Origin: a virus
DNA length: 25,767 bases
Reading direction: 5' to 3' (one strand)
IMG/VR virus record: IMGVR_UViG_3300032167_000022
In this document: positions 24,144-25,767 of the stretch, piece after piece
How the letters are laid out: every line of letters starts with the position of its first letter
How positions within the stretch are numbered: position 1 is the stretch's first letter
Made by a program: the position numbers and the translations under genes
Notes under the pieces: model-generated
What the model saw: only the letters and a program-made list of their open reading frames with translations
Told to the model about the DNA's origin: nothing
Database searches by the model: none

Positions 24144-24303
24144 TATTCGTGTTCAGCTCTGTCAACGTACTTAACAACTTCAACGGGTACGTCACACATA
24201 ATTGCGATTTCTTCAATGCCGTACAAGTAAACATCGCCGACGCATTCATCAAGCAGGTTTGCAATTTCTACATACTTTTCAAAAGTGATGCTTTCAATAG
24301 TCA
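24144..24303 (-). CDS. small hypothetical protein (53 aa)
   Basis: The ATG at 24303 follows leader ...agagagattaaaaaa. Reads MTIESITFEKYVEIANLLDECVGDVYLYGIEEIAIMCDVPVEVVKYVDRAEHE. Confidence 0.55.
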
Positions 24304-24361
24304 TTTTTTTAATCTCTCTTTCTTCCGTTCTTTGTGGCTTCCGGATTTCCTTTACTGTATC

Positions 24362-24390
24362 TATTATACCACACAATTGCGATTCTGTCA
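24362..24390 (-). promoter_or_regulatory. promoter cassette TTGACA-17-TGgTATAAT
   Basis: tgtcaa at 24385-24390 and attata at 24362-24367. Confidence 0.7.
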
Positions 24391-24508
24391 AGGGGGTTTT
24401 TGAAATTTCTTTAAAAAAAATGTATTTTGTACGTTTTGCACAAAAATGTATAAATATTCATTTTTGTATAATTTGACTAAAAATGTATATTATACATTTT
24501 TGTGCAAT

Positions 24509-24538
24509 TTGACGAACGAACATTTGTTCGCGTATAGT
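24509..24538 (+). promoter_or_regulatory. plus-strand promoter TTGACG-18-TATAGT with a perfect Firmicutes LexA (Cheo) box CGAACATTTGTTCG in the spacer
   Basis: ttgacg at 24509-24514, cgaacatttgttcg at 24517-24530, tatagt at 24533-24538. Confidence 0.5.
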
Positions 24539-24696
24539 TTTGCGATTTTCTGCTTTTACCATTTTCTTCCAGCACTTACAAATTTTCCCATTTACCAGAA
24601 AATGGTAAAAAGACCGTTAAATTCTTAACAAGCGCATCCAGTTTCTTCCATTACCAAATGGTGGATGAATTTCCAAAATTTACCGGGTAGGGAAAA

Positions 24697-24960
24697 CGCG
24701 AAAACTGTTTTTTCCAAAAACTGGAATTTCGTGAAAATTTTAACAATCGCGCGGCCGCCCCTTATTTTAACACTTTATCACTTTACCATACTAAAGCGCG
24801 ACTTCGGGGCCCCGCGACACTTGTCGTACAAAACGGAAGGCTGGCATTGTGAAATTTTTCACAAACACGAAAATCGTCAAAAAACTGTTTTTCACTTTCA
24901 CGCTTTACCATACTAAAGTGTGTGAAATTTTTAACAATCGGCGGGCCGCAGGGGAGAGGG
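24697..24960. repeat. two diverged direct repeats (aaaactgtttttc..., ctttaccatactaaag, gtgaaatttttaacaatcg-GC hairpin)
   Basis: Shared blocks at 24697-24770 and 24870-24960, seen directly. Confidence 0.5.
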
Positions 24961-25270
24961 TTTGTTAACAAAAAATTTACAATTTAAAAATTTACAATTT
25001 GTTTACATTCGGGAGAATTTGTTCACAATTTATTTACAATTTATTTAAAAAAAAATATTGAAATTCACAGTTTGTTCACAAATTCGGGCCCTGGGGCCCG
25101 AGAACAGAGATAATTGTGAACAAATTGTAAATTTTTTGTTAACAATTCATAAATTGTTAACAAAAAATTTACAATTTGTTCACAATTTGTTCACATTCGG
25201 GAAATAAAAAGTTTACAATTTGTTCACAATTTGTTTACAAAAAATTCACAAATTGTTCACAATTTGTGAA
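24960..25270. repeat. dense array (more than 20 copies) of an 11-12-bp repeat ACAATTTGTTCACA / TTGTGAACAA with three TCACAttCGGG punctuations
   Basis: Examples: tttacaatttgtttacattcggg, aatttgttcacaatttatttacaattt, aattgtgaacaaattgtaaat, tttacaatttgttcacaatttgttcacattcggg, ttcacaaattgttcacaatttgtgaac. Confidence 0.7.
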
Positions 25271-25399
25271 CTCCGGCCGCTTGGAACGCGAGCGGCCGGC
25301 TCAAAATCAAGCATATTTTGTAAATAATTTGTAAATTAAAAATGAATTTTTTGTAAACAATTTATGAATTTTTTATTCATAGAAATTTTACAATTTGTT

Positions 25400-25442
25400 C
25401 ATAAATTAAAAATGGTAAATGCTGGAATTACCAGCATTTACC
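25400..25442 (-). terminator. rho-independent terminator with the stop codon in the loop (12-bp stem)
   Basis: ggtaaatgctgg-aatta-ccagcatttacc; the reverse complement is followed by atttttaatttat. Confidence 0.7.
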
Positions 25443-25634
25443 AATCTTTGCGATTAATTTTTTTTGGTAATCTCTACCATGCGCAAACACCCACTTGCTT
25501 TTGATTTTGTGATTTGTTTCATTATAAATATTAGTGCTTCTGATTGCGCTCTCAAGCCATCTGACATTGTTTGCCATAAGCACTTCACCAGTAGTAAGAT
25601 TGTAAGCGGCATGCGGTCTGTTGTTAGTAGTCAT
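25428..25634 (-). CDS. hypothetical protein
   Basis: The true start is the ATG at 25634 (RBS GGAAGT; MTTNNRPHAAYNLTTGEVL...). The track's longer form translates the promoter. Confidence 0.6.
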   Translation of the reverse strand: MTTNNRPHAAYNLTTGEVLMANNVRWLESAIRSTNIYNETNHKIKSKWVFAHGRDYQKKLIAKIGKCW

Positions 25635-25680
25635 TTTATTTACTTCCTTTCTGTGAGGGTTTCTCCCTCTCTCTGTATAT

Positions 25681-25709
25681 ATTATACCACACTTTTGGTT
25701 TTTTGTCAA
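25681..25709 (-). promoter_or_regulatory. promoter cassette TTGACA-17-TGgTATAAT
   Basis: tgtcaa at 25704-25709 and attata at 25681-25686. Confidence 0.7.
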
Positions 25710-25726
25710 TAGGTTTTTGAAAAGTT

Positions 25727-25764
<38 letters not shown>

Positions 25765-25767
25765 TGT

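Noticed and set aside
24660-24860. Plus-strand ORF downstream of the SOS promoter (MVDEFPKFTG-TAG-GKREN...)
   Set aside because: No SD, runs through direct repeats, and the sequence is not convincingly protein-like.
24960-25300. Possible CRISPR array
   Set aside because: The repeats are about 11-12 bp, directly abutting and degenerate, with no unique spacers of 25-40 bp. They look like iteron or binding-site arrays.

Overview
AT-rich, phage-like accessory region, visibly about 30% GC with scattered GC-richer genes. It is densely packed with small genes, almost all on the minus strand. The most striking structure is a family of about 27 near-identical promoter cassettes, all oriented on the minus strand. 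Each has an A/T-rich UP-like element, a TTGACA or TTGATT -35, a 17-nt spacer and an extended -10 (TGnTATAAT), usually followed by a G/C-clamped 5' leader hairpin, and each drives one or a few small genes. Many units end in GC-rich rho-independent terminators, often with the stop codon in the hairpin loop. This closely resembles the promoter early stem-loop (PeSL) cassette organisation of T4-type early regions. Strong GGAGG-type ribosome-binding sites, the extended -10 and a perfect Firmicutes-type LexA (Cheo) box suggest a low-GC Gram-positive host. Embedded in opposite orientation (about 9.75-12.1 kb) is a plasmid-like replication module: 22-bp iterons flank a Rep-like winged-helix gene. That gene is open for 228 codons only if nine in-frame TAG codons are read as sense. 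At least five further genes have strong starts followed by in-frame TAG codons and otherwise open, protein-like sequence (906..1709, 7951..8226, 8457..8798, 8791..9258, possibly 10902..11182). TAA and TGA are used as true stops, so TAG appears to be reassigned as in code-15-like stop-codon-recoded phages. A tRNA-like element with its own consensus promoter lies at 20227..20333. It has a canonical T-arm, a 7-bp acceptor stem and an encoded CCA, but its length is atypical. Recognisable products are two GIY-YIG-like nucleases, a DEDDh 3'-5' exonuclease, a frameshifted HAD-type 5'(3')-deoxyribonucleotidase-like gene and a partial M20/M28-clan metallopeptidase. There are also three paralogous winged-helix proteins, two of them in duplicated two-gene modules, plus membrane proteins and many unassigned ORFs. 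Non-coding regions carry dense arrays of a TTGTTCACAA-type repeat, a conserved roughly 190-bp intergenic module, a GC-rich repeat island and a terminal poly-T tract.
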